Of a stretch of DNA of 60,075 bases, positions 8,408 to 17,691 are shown piece by piece (within the stretch, counting starts at the first letter, position 1; every line of letters starts with the position of its first letter). The stretch comes from Minisyncoccota bacterium. Lineage in GTDB: Bacteria; Patescibacteriota; Microgenomatia; UBA1400; PJMF01. The notes beneath the pieces are model-generated. The model saw nothing but the letters and a program-made list of their open reading frames with translations. It was not told the DNA's origin and made no database searches. The translations under genes and the position numbers were made by a program. The stretch spans positions 1 to 60,075 of the forward strand of contig JAACWQ010000007.1 in assembly GCA_009991965.1 (NCBI GenBank), written 5' to 3'.

Positions 8408-8945
8408 CTTCTTCTCCTACCCCAGTAACAGTTGGTGCTGGGGAGTTAGTGCTTGTAATAGCAAAATTACACTTTACCCCATCTGCACAAACTGAACCTC
8501 CATACTCCCCTGGAGCGCCCTCGCTTGTTTTGGCCGCTTGCAGATCATTAGAGTTCTCAAGCCTTGCATACAAAACATAGCGCGATCCATCACTATAATA
8601 GTAGTAATTATAGGCAGTTTTATCAATTGGTAGCGTTGCCATATAAATCGTAGTACCAGTTTTCCATTCACTTCCCCACTCACAAGCAGCAGCAGCGCAA
8701 CCCACAATCTTACCTGCAGCACTTACTGGATAAGCAGCATTGTCGTTATAGTACGTCTCCAGAGCAACTGCGATATTCTTGAGATCAGTTTTTCTCCGAG
8801 AATCTCGTGATTTTGTCTGACTGGAGGCAAAAGCACCAAGACCAATTGTCGCCAAAATACCAAGAATCGCAATCACGACCAACAGCTCCATGAGCGTGAA
8901 TCCACGGGAGAAAAATGAATGTTTTGACGACACAATATTCATCAT
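8397..8945 (-). CDS. Type IV pilin / PulG-like prepilin
   Basis: RGFTLMELLVVIAILGIL; SRDSRRKTDL..ALETYYND..YP. Confidence 0.88.
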   Translation of the reverse strand: MMNIVSSKHSFFSRGFTLMELLVVIAILGILATIGLGAFASSQTKSRDSRRKTDLKNIAVALETYYNDNAAYPVSAAGKIVGCAAAACEWGSEWKTGTTIYMATLPIDKTAYNYYYYSDGSRYVLYARLENSNDLQAAKTSEGAPGEYGGSVCADGVKCNFAITSTNSPAPTVTGVGEEDAF

Positions 8946-8950
8946 ATACC

Positions 8951-9634
8951 TTAGTTATAACAATTAGCTATACATGCGCCTTGTGAGTTCGCGCCGTGAT
9001 AGTCTCTGTTGCATGTATTTGGGAAACCATTAATTATTTCTGTGCAAGACTGATTACTCAGCACACAGCACCAATCAAGTCCTGGTCCTGGCTCACCACC
9101 ACCTTCAGCGCCACCTTCGCCTTCGGCAACGCCACCTAACCCAAGAACCAAACCCTCGAGTGAAACTGCCGCTCCTTGTGCAACCCCGTAATCATAGATA
9201 ACCTCACCATCCACAATTCCACAGCCATTCTCGCCACCACAGTTGATCGCTATGCTAGCGTCGCTATGGTCTCGCTCCAGATCGGTAAGTATTCTATAGC
9301 CGAGTACTGGACAGGCAGGAGCGTCTCCGCCAAGCACACTATATAAATAAGGACCTTTCGTGAGCGGATCGCAGGGTACACTGCCTATATAGTCGTCCAA
9401 AATGGTGCTGCCTCCCCCACCGCAGTACAGCTCGAGTGTATCTGTGGGGGGATAACACGAGTGATCATTATAGTAATCCTCAAATACCACTTTCAGTTTG
9501 CTCAAGTCGCTGAGCCGCTTGCTATCTCTTCCCCGAGAGATCTGGGGAGCCATAAAAAAGTAACCCGCGATCAGTAGGAGGCCCAAGATAGCCACTATGA
9601 TAAGCACCTCAATCAGTGAAAAACCCTTTCTCAT
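8951..9634 (-). CDS. Type IV pilin / PulG-like prepilin with Cys-rich C-terminal extension
   Basis: KGFSLIEVL; GRDSKRLSDL..FEDYYND..YP; Gly-rich linker followed by a Cys-containing tail. Confidence 0.85.
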   Translation of the reverse strand: MRKGFSLIEVLIIVAILGLLLIAGYFFMAPQISRGRDSKRLSDLSKLKVVFEDYYNDHSCYPPTDTLELYCGGGGSTILDDYIGSVPCDPLTKGPYLYSVLGGDAPACPVLGYRILTDLERDHSDASIAINCGGENGCGIVDGEVIYDYGVAQGAAVSLEGLVLGLGGVAEGEGGAEGGGEPGPGLDWCCVLSNQSCTEIINGFPNTCNRDYHGANSQGACIANCYN

Positions 9635-9727
9635 ATATGCACCAGTGTATCATTTTTCGGTCTGGCTTGCCTGTTTACAAAGCTGTTCATTCTTGCTTAA
9701 ATGAGACTCGCTAAAAGGAAAGAAAAA

Positions 9728-11773
9728 ATGCAGCAATCAGACATGATTTCAAAAATAACACTCGGTGTTTTTGCTGTAGCGCTCGTCATCTTAGTCATTG
9801 GACTTTTTCCATTTACCGACAACTTCGTTTTCCAGAGTAAAACATACTTTCTGTTTGGTTTTACTGGTCTTATCGGTCTACTTTTTGCAGTAAGATCGAT
9901 GCGCAAACAAGCCATCTCAATTCTCTGGTCACCACTTTCGCTGCCAATTTTGTTGTTTGGCACCAGCATGCTCGCCTCGAGCTTACTCACCAACTCGTAT
10001 CCTCAAGAAAGCCTGCTCACCATGGGTGGCGTATTTATCGCTGGTAGTATCATTGCGCTTCTTGGTGGAACCATCCTGCCAAAAACCGCTGGCTCTGTGC
10101 TCCTCAAGACAATTGCTGTTGCAGGCGTACTCCTGACTGCAAGCACCGCCCTCCAATTGCTTGGATTTGGTCCAAGCAAACTACTCGAACCAATCTTTGG
10201 TCTAGCTTTGCCACACACGGTAGATTTCAACCTGACTGGCTCATCTTTCGTTGCTTTACAGGTGCTGTTGGTTGCAGCTGTTGGACTCGTAGCAACCATA
10301 CTACAAAACAAACACATTTCAAAGTTTTCTGCGGTGGTGCTGCCAATCCTTATCATTGGCATTGCGCTGCACGGCTGGACATTACTGCCCGGCAAACCAA
10401 GCGCACTCCTCTTACCTTCGCTCAAAGCCAGCTGGTCGGTTGCACTCGATACTATTCGTGAGCCTCGTGCTGCTCTTATCGGTGTCGGTCCTGCTGCGTA
10501 TGGCAATGTCTACCTCAAGTTTAAACCACTTTGGGTCAATACAACACCAAGCTGGAATCTTCAATTCTCTCAGGCTGCAAACGTACCACTGTATATGCTC
10601 ACAATTGGTGGTTTCATCGGTCTTGGTTCTTGGTTGTTTTTACTCGTCCGAATGTTCGCCGTAAACAAACAAAGTCGCAAAGATTCTCGTGCCGTGATTC
10701 TTACAGCACTTGTTTGTGGTCTGCTCCAATTCTTTGTGCCAACAAACGTAGTTCTCATTGGCCTGCAGTTCATATTGCTGACTGCATTTCTAGCAGGTGA
10801 GGCCGATCGATACACCCTGTTTAATCTCAAGGCCCCTTCGCTTTCCATTACCAGCGAAAATGGACAAAATGTAGAGACTTCCAAGGCAGTGGCTCCCATC
10901 TACCTCATGGCGTTGGTCGTTGCCGTTGGGTTTGGCGCGCTCCTCTTTTTCGTCGGCAAAGCCTATGCTGCAGAGCTTGCAATCCACCAGGGAACACTCG
11001 CTGCACAAAACAACGATGGTCTTGCGGTCTACAGCAATCATCAAAAAGCGGTGACTTTAAATCCCTACCTCGATGATTTGCGCAGACAATATGCGCTTAC
11101 CAATATGCTGATTGCAGCCGCGCTATCAAACAAAACAGATGCAACAGAAGAGGAAAAAACCCAAGTTGGAGAACTGATGCAACAGGCGGTACGGGAAGCG
11201 CAATCTGCCACCACTCTCGACCCAACTGACGCACAAAACTGGGGAGTACTTGCACAAATTTATCAAAACATGATTGGTATCTCCGATCAAGCAAGTGAGT
11301 TTGCGATCCAATCCTACATTACAACGATTGAGAACGATCCAACCAATCCTACGCTGCGCATCAGCTTAGGTGGATTATTTCTCAACGGAGAAAAGTTTGA
11401 GCAGGCAGCTACACTCTTTCAACAGGCAACAGAGCTGAAACCAGATATGCCAAACGGCCACTATAACTTGGCTGTTGCGCTTATCAAGCTCAATCAGCTT
11501 GAGGCTGCCAGAACTTCTTATCAACAAGTGCTAGCGCTCCTTGACCCAGCCTCAGAAGATTACACTACGGTAAATACAGAGCTTGAGAAGCTTGAGACTG
11601 CGCTGGCAGAACAAGCAAAACAACAAGGAGAACAAGCACCAGCTGAAGGACAAGATCCAAATGCACCAAGTATTACCGACCAAAATGTGTCTCGTGCTGG
11701 ACAAAGCTTATCGCAACCATCTGGAGATGACGTACAGTTTCCAGCAGGAGCTGATTTAGCCCCCGCTCAATAG
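9728..11773 (+). CDS. Multi-pass membrane protein (O-antigen ligase/Wzy_C-like) with C-terminal TPR repeats
   Basis: About 12 hydrophobic segments, IGVGPAAY loop, TPR-like repeats (LNPYLD, LDPTDAQNW, LKPDMPNGHYNLA). Confidence 0.65.
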   Translation: MQQSDMISKITLGVFAVALVILVIGLFPFTDNFVFQSKTYFLFGFTGLIGLLFAVRSMRKQAISILWSPLSLPILLFGTSMLASSLLTNSYPQESLLTMGGVFIAGSIIALLGGTILPKTAGSVLLKTIAVAGVLLTASTALQLLGFGPSKLLEPIFGLALPHTVDFNLTGSSFVALQVLLVAAVGLVATILQNKHISKFSAVVLPILIIGIALHGWTLLPGKPSALLLPSLKASWSVALDTIREPRAALIGVGPAAYGNVYLKFKPLWVNTTPSWNLQFSQAANVPLYMLTIGGFIGLGSWLFLLVRMFAVNKQSRKDSRAVILTALVCGLLQFFVPTNVVLIGLQFILLTAFLAGEADRYTLFNLKAPSLSITSENGQNVETSKAVAPIYLMALVVAVGFGALLFFVGKAYAAELAIHQGTLAAQNNDGLAVYSNHQKAVTLNPYLDDLRRQYALTNMLIAAALSNKTDATEEEKTQVGELMQQAVREAQSATTLDPTDAQNWGVLAQIYQNMIGISDQASEFAIQSYITTIENDPTNPTLRISLGGLFLNGEKFEQAATLFQQATELKPDMPNGHYNLAVALIKLNQLEAARTSYQQVLALLDPASEDYTTVNTELEKLETALAEQAKQQGEQAPAEGQDPNAPSITDQNVSRAGQSLSQPSGDDVQFPAGADLAPAQ

Positions 11774-12964
11774 ACGCAAACACGTATTGTGGAGTAACTC
11801 CAAGTTATCGTGCGTTGCGGCACTGACCAACACTGGTGTAATGTCTGCGAACGTTTCTTTCTCAAGTAAGCTAAGCAATTCTTCCGAGTATAAGTCAGTT
11901 TTCGCGATACAAACTGCAGTCTCTATATCCAACAATGTTTTGTCATACGCAAGTAATTCATTACGTACGATCGAAAATTGCTCGTGCAGAGCTGTAATTT
12001 GCTCTGAAACAGGGGTCGTCAGTAGCTCGTCGGCTACTGAAAGCACATAGATAAGACCGCGGCAATGGCGGACATGACGCAAGAACGAAAGACCGAGGCC
12101 TCTGCCCTCACTCGCCCCAGAGATTAAGCCGGGAATATCTGCCACCACGCACTCTTGAGAACGATCTTCACTCACCAACATACCAAGCTGTGGCTCGAGG
12201 GTGGTAAATGGATACGCTCCAATGGCTGGTGTCGCCTGAGTAAGTACAGACAAAAGCGTGCTCTTGCCCACATTTGGCAAACCAATCAATCCAACATCTG
12301 CCAGCAATTGTTGCTCGAGAATCACCCAACGATCTTCACCAGGCGTACCATACTCGGCGCGCAGCGGCGTCGTCTCACGAGAACTTTTGAACAACTGATT
12401 TCCTCGACCGCCAAATCCGCCCTGACAAATAATCACTTCTTGGCCAGGTTCACTCAGGGTCGCAACCAATTTGTAGCCCGAAGATGCGAGATCCAAATTG
12501 GCCAACACTTTTGTTGTGAGGTTGTTTGGTTCCTCTGCTGCATCTTGGAGAGCTGGAGGGATTGGCGCTCCTTCTTTCTCGAGCAAAAACTGTGATCTTT
12601 CGACCAATTTGCTCGGAATTTTTTTTTCTAATCCTATGGAAAGACGCCGTTTCTGAGCTGGAGTATTTTCACTCACTTGCCAAACGCAGGTACCGACTGG
12701 CACCGAGACCACGACGTTTTCTGCTGCAGCTCCAGTACAATTTTTTGCACCACCTGCTTTGCCTGGCTCTGCCGAGATTGCATTGAGGCCAGAGTAACGC
12801 TTGAGGGTGCTTTGGCCGGCGTCAGCCCGCAAAATAATTGAGCCACCATTGCCTCCGGTGCCACCATCTGGTCCACCCTTGAGAATATACTTGGATCGAT
12901 GAAATGAGACGCGCCCTATGCCGCCTGAGCCTGCCTGTAGTTGAAGTGCAACAATATCAATCAT
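11756..12964 (-). CDS. obg: GTPase Obg/CgtA
   Basis: Gly-rich Obg fold (GGPDGGTGGNGG), GLPNVGKST, YPFTTLEP, ADIPGLISGASEGRGLG..FLRH. Confidence 0.93.
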   Translation of the reverse strand: MIDIVALQLQAGSGGIGRVSFHRSKYILKGGPDGGTGGNGGSIILRADAGQSTLKRYSGLNAISAEPGKAGGAKNCTGAAAENVVVSVPVGTCVWQVSENTPAQKRRLSIGLEKKIPSKLVERSQFLLEKEGAPIPPALQDAAEEPNNLTTKVLANLDLASSGYKLVATLSEPGQEVIICQGGFGGRGNQLFKSSRETTPLRAEYGTPGEDRWVILEQQLLADVGLIGLPNVGKSTLLSVLTQATPAIGAYPFTTLEPQLGMLVSEDRSQECVVADIPGLISGASEGRGLGLSFLRHVRHCRGLIYVLSVADELLTTPVSEQITALHEQFSIVRNELLAYDKTLLDIETAVCIAKTDLYSEELLSLLEKETFADITPVLVSAATHDNLELLHNTCLRLLSGG

Positions 12965-12978
12965 GCGCGCATTGTACC

Positions 12979-14073
12979 TTACCTGAGAGAACTCTGTGGA
13001 TTTAGGAGCACACCACCCTGTCTGATCTCAAAATGGAGATGTGTGCCTGTCGAGCGACCAGTATTTCCCATTTGCCCTATGACGTCTCCTCTGTTGACGC
13101 GTTGACCTGGTTGAACCTGGATTACAGATAAATGGGCGTAGAGTGTTTGTGAGCCGTTGCCATGATCCACCATGATTCGATTGCCGTAACCGAAACCATC
13201 GAGCCAACCTGCCTGTGTCACAACACCAGAGTCTGCTGCCACAATTGGACCGCCAGAACCGTTCGCAATATCAATTGCCTTGTGATAGAAACTGTAGCTC
13301 TGTGTGATTCTGCCAGCAGCTGGCCAAACAAAGGAGCCAAATGCGGTGACCGAACCAGCGTCTGGTGTCAAACGAGCTGTGGTTGTTTGACGAATACCAG
13401 TGCTCGAAACTGCAACCCTGACACCATTTGGCACAACCAAAAACTGCCCTGTGGCGAGCTCAAACGTTTCGTCATTCAGGAAATCATTAAAGGGATAGTC
13501 AACCAACACCTGGACTTCTGAGCCCTCGAGACCATACTTTTTTCCAATTGAGTAAATTGTTTCACCTCGAGCCACTTTGTGCCGTATGCCATCGACGGGT
13601 AAAATACGCAATTCCTGGCCAGGCTGCAACTTACTTTTCTCGGTCAAGTCGTTTTCCCACAACAAAGTATTTACTTGGAGGCCATAGCGTTCGGCAATAC
13701 TAGAAAGCGTCTCTCCCTCTACTACAGAGTGCAAAAGCACCTCGCCGCCACGAAACTGACGCACTTCTTCAGCCTGCTGCGTATAAAAACTTGTACTATA
13801 GCCACCACCATTGAGCACTCCAGATTCAGTTTGGAGTTCTTCGCCCTGATCTGCATATGAGATGACCTTCGGCCCAATGATAATCGTAAAAAAAATCAGG
13901 CCGACCGTGCCGACGTGTAAAAATGGGCGGACGTATCGACCGCGTTTTTTATACAACGCGTCAACTAGCGTACTCTTTACAACTTCAAAATGGGTAAATA
14001 ATCGATAGCCACGAAACCTGATATACGCCCGCAATGAGTAAAAAAACGGTAAAAACTCTCTAGTGATGCTCAT
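12979..14073 (-). CDS. LysM + M23 metallopeptidase
   Basis: One TM segment, two LysM domains (GETLSSIA, GETIYSIG), HKAIDI, YAHLS, STGTHLHFEIR. Confidence 0.92.
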   Translation of the reverse strand: MSITREFLPFFYSLRAYIRFRGYRLFTHFEVVKSTLVDALYKKRGRYVRPFLHVGTVGLIFFTIIIGPKVISYADQGEELQTESGVLNGGGYSTSFYTQQAEEVRQFRGGEVLLHSVVEGETLSSIAERYGLQVNTLLWENDLTEKSKLQPGQELRILPVDGIRHKVARGETIYSIGKKYGLEGSEVQVLVDYPFNDFLNDETFELATGQFLVVPNGVRVAVSSTGIRQTTTARLTPDAGSVTAFGSFVWPAAGRITQSYSFYHKAIDIANGSGGPIVAADSGVVTQAGWLDGFGYGNRIMVDHGNGSQTLYAHLSVIQVQPGQRVNRGDVIGQMGNTGRSTGTHLHFEIRQGGVLLNPQSSLR

Positions 14074-14101
14074 GTTCGCTCGCATTCTAACAAAGAAGCG
14101 G

Positions 14102-15307
14102 TTAGGACTTCAATGAGGCCAAAAATTCTTTGTTGGTCTTGGTGCGTCGCAAGCGATTGATTAGCGTTGTCGTGCGCTCTTCTCTATCGAGCATGTCGAG
14201 CATTCGATGCAAAGTGGTGATCGATTGGTACTCTACCGAGTCAAACAGCAGATCATCTCTTCTGGTGCCAGAGCGTTGGACGTCGATAGCTGGGTGCACT
14301 CTTCGTTCGGCCAACTTGCGATCTAAGTGAATTTCTTGATTCCCTGTTCCCTTGAACTCTTCGTATACCAGATCATCCATGCGTGAGCCAGTGTCCACGA
14401 GGGCCGTACCGATAATGGTAAGACTTCCCGGGGTCTCGAGGTTACGCGCTGCGCCAAAGAACTTCTTTGGAGGAAATAATGCCGCAGGATCAAAACCACC
14501 TGAAAGCGTTCTGCCTGAGGTTGGTATAGAAAGATTGTATGCTCGCGCTAGTCGAGTAATGGAATCAAGCAAAATCATGACATCTTTGCCCTCTTCTACC
14601 ATGCGCTTCGCTTTTTCTAGCGCTAGCTCTGCTACCTGACATTGATCAGTCGCAGACTCGTCAAAATTACTTGCTGCAACTTCGCCATCACCATTAGTGA
14701 TTCGCTCGATGTGACGCTTAATGTCGGTAACTTCCTCTGGTCGTTCACCAACTAAAACAGCAATGATATGAATTTCTGGGTGATTACTGGCTGTACCAGT
14801 CGCAATATCTTTCAGCAACGTAGTTTTTCCAGCTTTTGGCGGAGAAACAATTAAACTACGTTGGCCTTTTCCGATTGGAGCTACTAGATCAATAATACGA
14901 AGTGAAATTAAATCATCGCCAGATTCCAACTTGATTTGCTTATCTGGATAGACGGGTGTAAATGACTGAAATTTGTTGCGAAAAAGCGTTTGGTGTTCCG
15001 CCACTGGTCTACCATTTACTGTCTCTACCTGCATGAAACCCCAATAGCGCTCGTTTTCTTTTGGTTCACGAACTGGTCCAGTAAGCGTGTCACCAGGTCT
15101 AAGGTTAAACCTGCGAATCATCGAAGCAGCAATATAGGCATCTCGCTCGTCAAACCCACACATGCTGGCACGCACAACACCATGACCATCTCGAGAAGTA
15201 TCGAGCACACCAGTCAAAGTATTTTCTGCCTGTTTTTTCTGCTGTAGCGGCACAATTGGTACCACTTTTGGTGTTTGAACCACGTCTATTTTCTCATCTG
15301 CTTTCAT
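14102..15307 (-). CDS. rho: Transcription termination factor Rho
   Basis: PIGKGQRSLIVSPPKAGKTT, LLDSITRLARAYN, EFKGTGNQE. Confidence 0.96.
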   Translation of the reverse strand: MKADEKIDVVQTPKVVPIVPLQQKKQAENTLTGVLDTSRDGHGVVRASMCGFDERDAYIAASMIRRFNLRPGDTLTGPVREPKENERYWGFMQVETVNGRPVAEHQTLFRNKFQSFTPVYPDKQIKLESGDDLISLRIIDLVAPIGKGQRSLIVSPPKAGKTTLLKDIATGTASNHPEIHIIAVLVGERPEEVTDIKRHIERITNGDGEVAASNFDESATDQCQVAELALEKAKRMVEEGKDVMILLDSITRLARAYNLSIPTSGRTLSGGFDPAALFPPKKFFGAARNLETPGSLTIIGTALVDTGSRMDDLVYEEFKGTGNQEIHLDRKLAERRVHPAIDVQRSGTRRDDLLFDSVEYQSITTLHRMLDMLDREERTTTLINRLRRTKTNKEFLASLKS

Positions 15308-15374
15308 AAAAAAAGTCCTTATAGTTTGAAATTATTTGCCAATCTGTAGAGTCCGAAGGGAATGAATTGTGAGT

Positions 15375-15403
15375 AGTATGCCAGAAAAATGAGAATCTGT
15401 CAA
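15375..15403 (-). promoter_or_regulatory. Putative rho promoter
   Basis: TTGACA-17 bp-CATACT on the minus strand. Confidence 0.55.
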
Positions 15404-15499
15404 AAAAACTCTTCAATCCTTAGTGGAAGCTCGGCTGCCTGCCCAACTCGCCGAACCTCCACTGAAAATTGATATAGTTGTAAGTAGAAAGATAGAATT
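15402..15499 (-). ncRNA. Candidate structured small RNA or rho leader attenuator
   Basis: 23-bp stem (15413-15472) with 18 Watson-Crick pairs, 4 G-U pairs and 1 mismatch on the minus strand, followed by U7. Upstream TTGAAC-16-TATAGT. Confidence 0.45.
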
Positions 15500-15533
15500 T
15501 ACAAAACTATAGCGATACTGGTATTGTGTTCAA

Positions 15534-15636
15534 GTTATTGTCTTCGCATTCTTGATTTTATCAAAGGTGAAGACAACGTATGATAAAGGCATTATTACTC
15601 GTGGTCTGTCCAGCGGTAATAATGCTTTTTTCTTTC
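15534..15636 (+). ncRNA. Candidate small RNA with two hairpins and an intrinsic terminator
   Basis: Hairpins at 15538-15576 and 15585-15629, then TTTTTTCTTT. Upstream TTTACA-18-TATTGT with an extended TG. Confidence 0.42.
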
Positions 15637-15866
15637 CCAAACACTATTCCCTATCTCTAAATTCAGTCTATCTACTTTTAAAGAACACTTTTGAGTGCTT
15701 TGTTAGCCTTCGCACACAGAGTGATGGCAGTATAACTCTCTCCCAATTTTCAGTCAACCTATAGTTTTGTGTATGACTATCTTATAGTTATTTTAACTAT
15801 ACATTACTTGACTAATTACAAAAGTTTTCAACAACAATATTGTGATTGTATAGGGTGTGGAAAAGA

Positions 15867-17255
15867 TTACCGAATACCAAGTTCTTGCAAAACTGCAGCC
15901 ACAGTTTTGTGACTCTGATGAGAGAAGATCTTCTCTACTCCCAAGCGTTGCGCAGAACGGGCTCTAGAGTCAGCGTATGGTACCGAGCGAACTTCGCCGA
16001 GTAAACCAACTTCACCAATAAAAGCATACGAACGTGGCACTGGCTTATTGGCCAAAGAACTAGCGATGGCAACGGCAAATCCCAGATCTATCGCGGGCTC
16101 ATGGACAACAATGCCGCCTGCTACGCTCAAAAAAACGTCATATTGCGAGACTTGCAGCTTACAGTGTTTTTCGAGCACAGCTGCGAGTACTTGAATGCGC
16201 GAAAGCCCCACCCCACGACCAACTCTTCTCGGCATTGCCAGGTTAGAACGCACAACAAGTGCTTGCAACTCTATTAAAAGTGGGCGAGTTCCCTCCAAGA
16301 TACCAGCCAACACCGAACCAGGTGTGCCACTCGTGCCCTGTTGTACCAAAACGTCAGTCGGGTTGGAAACCTCCACAAAACCTTGCTCCATCATGCGAAA
16401 AACACCAACCTCGTCAGTTGCTCCAAATCGGTTTTTATAGGTACGGACGAGGCGCAAGTCGCTTGTTCGCTCACCAGAAATCTCTATAACAACATCTACT
16501 ATGTGCTCGAGCACTTTTGGCCCTGCGATGCCGCCATCTTTTGTGACATGACCAACAATAAAGACTGGCGTTGTGTGCTCTTTCGCCCACTGCGTGACAA
16601 CGCTGGTCACCGCACGAACCTGACCGACCGACCCAGCTGCGCCTGTCAACTCCTCACTACGAAAACTTTGCACGCTATCAACAATCACGAGATCGGGCTG
16701 CAACTTACTCAAAGCAACTAATGCCTTATCAATACTCTGAGTAGTAAAAAAATGCCAAGACGGGTCAGTTTTTTTCTGTTTCGAGTTTTCTTTGGCTTCA
16801 AAAGCTTGTAATCGATTGATTCGTAGGAGTATTTGTTCTGGGTTCTCTTCACCGCACAAGTACGCAATAACTGCCTGTTTTTGAGTATCTTTTGTACCCA
16901 TCACAGTTTTGAGTCCGATTTGCGTTAACAGGGTAGATTTTCCAATTCCCGGCTCGCCGGAAACCAACAAAACCGCTCCCCGCACAATCCCCACGTCTTT
17001 GTCATTTCCACCCAAAACTCTGTCTAACTCATCATAACCGCTAGAAAAACGCGAAAATGAACGGCTCAGGCGCTCGACCTCTGGTAGTGTGAGACTAGAA
17101 ATTGTCGAGTTTACTTTCTTTGCCACAACAGATGGGCCAGCAAGCGGCTCTTCGACAAGTGAGTTCCAGGTATGACACTGTGCACACTGCCCCTGCCAAC
17201 GACTAGCTTGCCACCCACATTCCTGACAGACAAAAACTGTTTCAGATCGTGCCAC
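15867..17255 (-). CDS. radA: DNA repair protein RadA/Sms
   Basis: CQECG..WQGQCAQC zinc finger, GEPGIGKSTLL, GPKVLEH, KNRFG. Confidence 0.96.
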   Translation of the reverse strand: MARSETVFVCQECGWQASRWQGQCAQCHTWNSLVEEPLAGPSVVAKKVNSTISSLTLPEVERLSRSFSRFSSGYDELDRVLGGNDKDVGIVRGAVLLVSGEPGIGKSTLLTQIGLKTVMGTKDTQKQAVIAYLCGEENPEQILLRINRLQAFEAKENSKQKKTDPSWHFFTTQSIDKALVALSKLQPDLVIVDSVQSFRSEELTGAAGSVGQVRAVTSVVTQWAKEHTTPVFIVGHVTKDGGIAGPKVLEHIVDVVIEISGERTSDLRLVRTYKNRFGATDEVGVFRMMEQGFVEVSNPTDVLVQQGTSGTPGSVLAGILEGTRPLLIELQALVVRSNLAMPRRVGRGVGLSRIQVLAAVLEKHCKLQVSQYDVFLSVAGGIVVHEPAIDLGFAVAIASSLANKPVPRSYAFIGEVGLLGEVRSVPYADSRARSAQRLGVEKIFSHQSHKTVAAVLQELGIR

Positions 17256-17691
17256 GAGAATTCCTTCGTTTTTTTTCTAAAATGATCGTACTGGATATTG
17301 CGGGATTGTGTTGATGCACTACCACTACTCTACCACCTATTTCTTGCAGCAACTGTTGCTTCTCTGCCAAATGTGGAGAGTGGGATGAAACCGCAAGAAT
17401 GTCGGGATGAATTTTTTGCAACAATGCGCGATGCTCATTTGGATCCGAAAATTGTTCTGGCAACACAAAAACTTGTTCTGCGATACCAATCGCCTCCACC
17501 GCCCGTAGTCGTTCAGTTTGAGAATGATATGGTCTCATTTCTCCCTTTATCTGACGAACTCTCACGTCACTTTCGATACCAACGAGCAATACATCTCCAC
17601 ACTCTTTTGCCTTACGCAAAAACGCAACATGTTCCTTATGCAGGTGGTCAAACACGCCGGTCACCAGTACCACAACTTTTTTTTCTGTCAT
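17242..17691 (-). CDS. Cytidylyltransferase/adenylyltransferase-like protein
   Basis: VTGVFDHLHKEH..FL.KAK..GD.LLVG..SD; C-terminal SST. ATG 17691 overlaps the upstream stop codon. Confidence 0.8.
   Translation of the reverse strand: MTEKKVVVLVTGVFDHLHKEHVAFLRKAKECGDVLLVGIESDVRVRQIKGEMRPYHSQTERLRAVEAIGIAEQVFVLPEQFSDPNEHRALLQKIHPDILAVSSHSPHLAEKQQLLQEIGGRVVVVHQHNPAISSTIILEKKRRNSRGTI

Noticed and set aside
11756..12964. Obg G4 motif reads AKTD rather than NKxD
   Set aside because: A single substitution in an otherwise intact gene; not enough to claim altered function.
15413..15472. SRP RNA assignment for the long hairpin
   Set aside because: It lacks the conserved helix-8 CAGG/GGAA/AGCAG motif.
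15552..15764. 70-aa TTG-start ORF in the rho-radA gap
   Set aside because: Weak start, runs through a terminator-like hairpin, and has no recognisable protein features.
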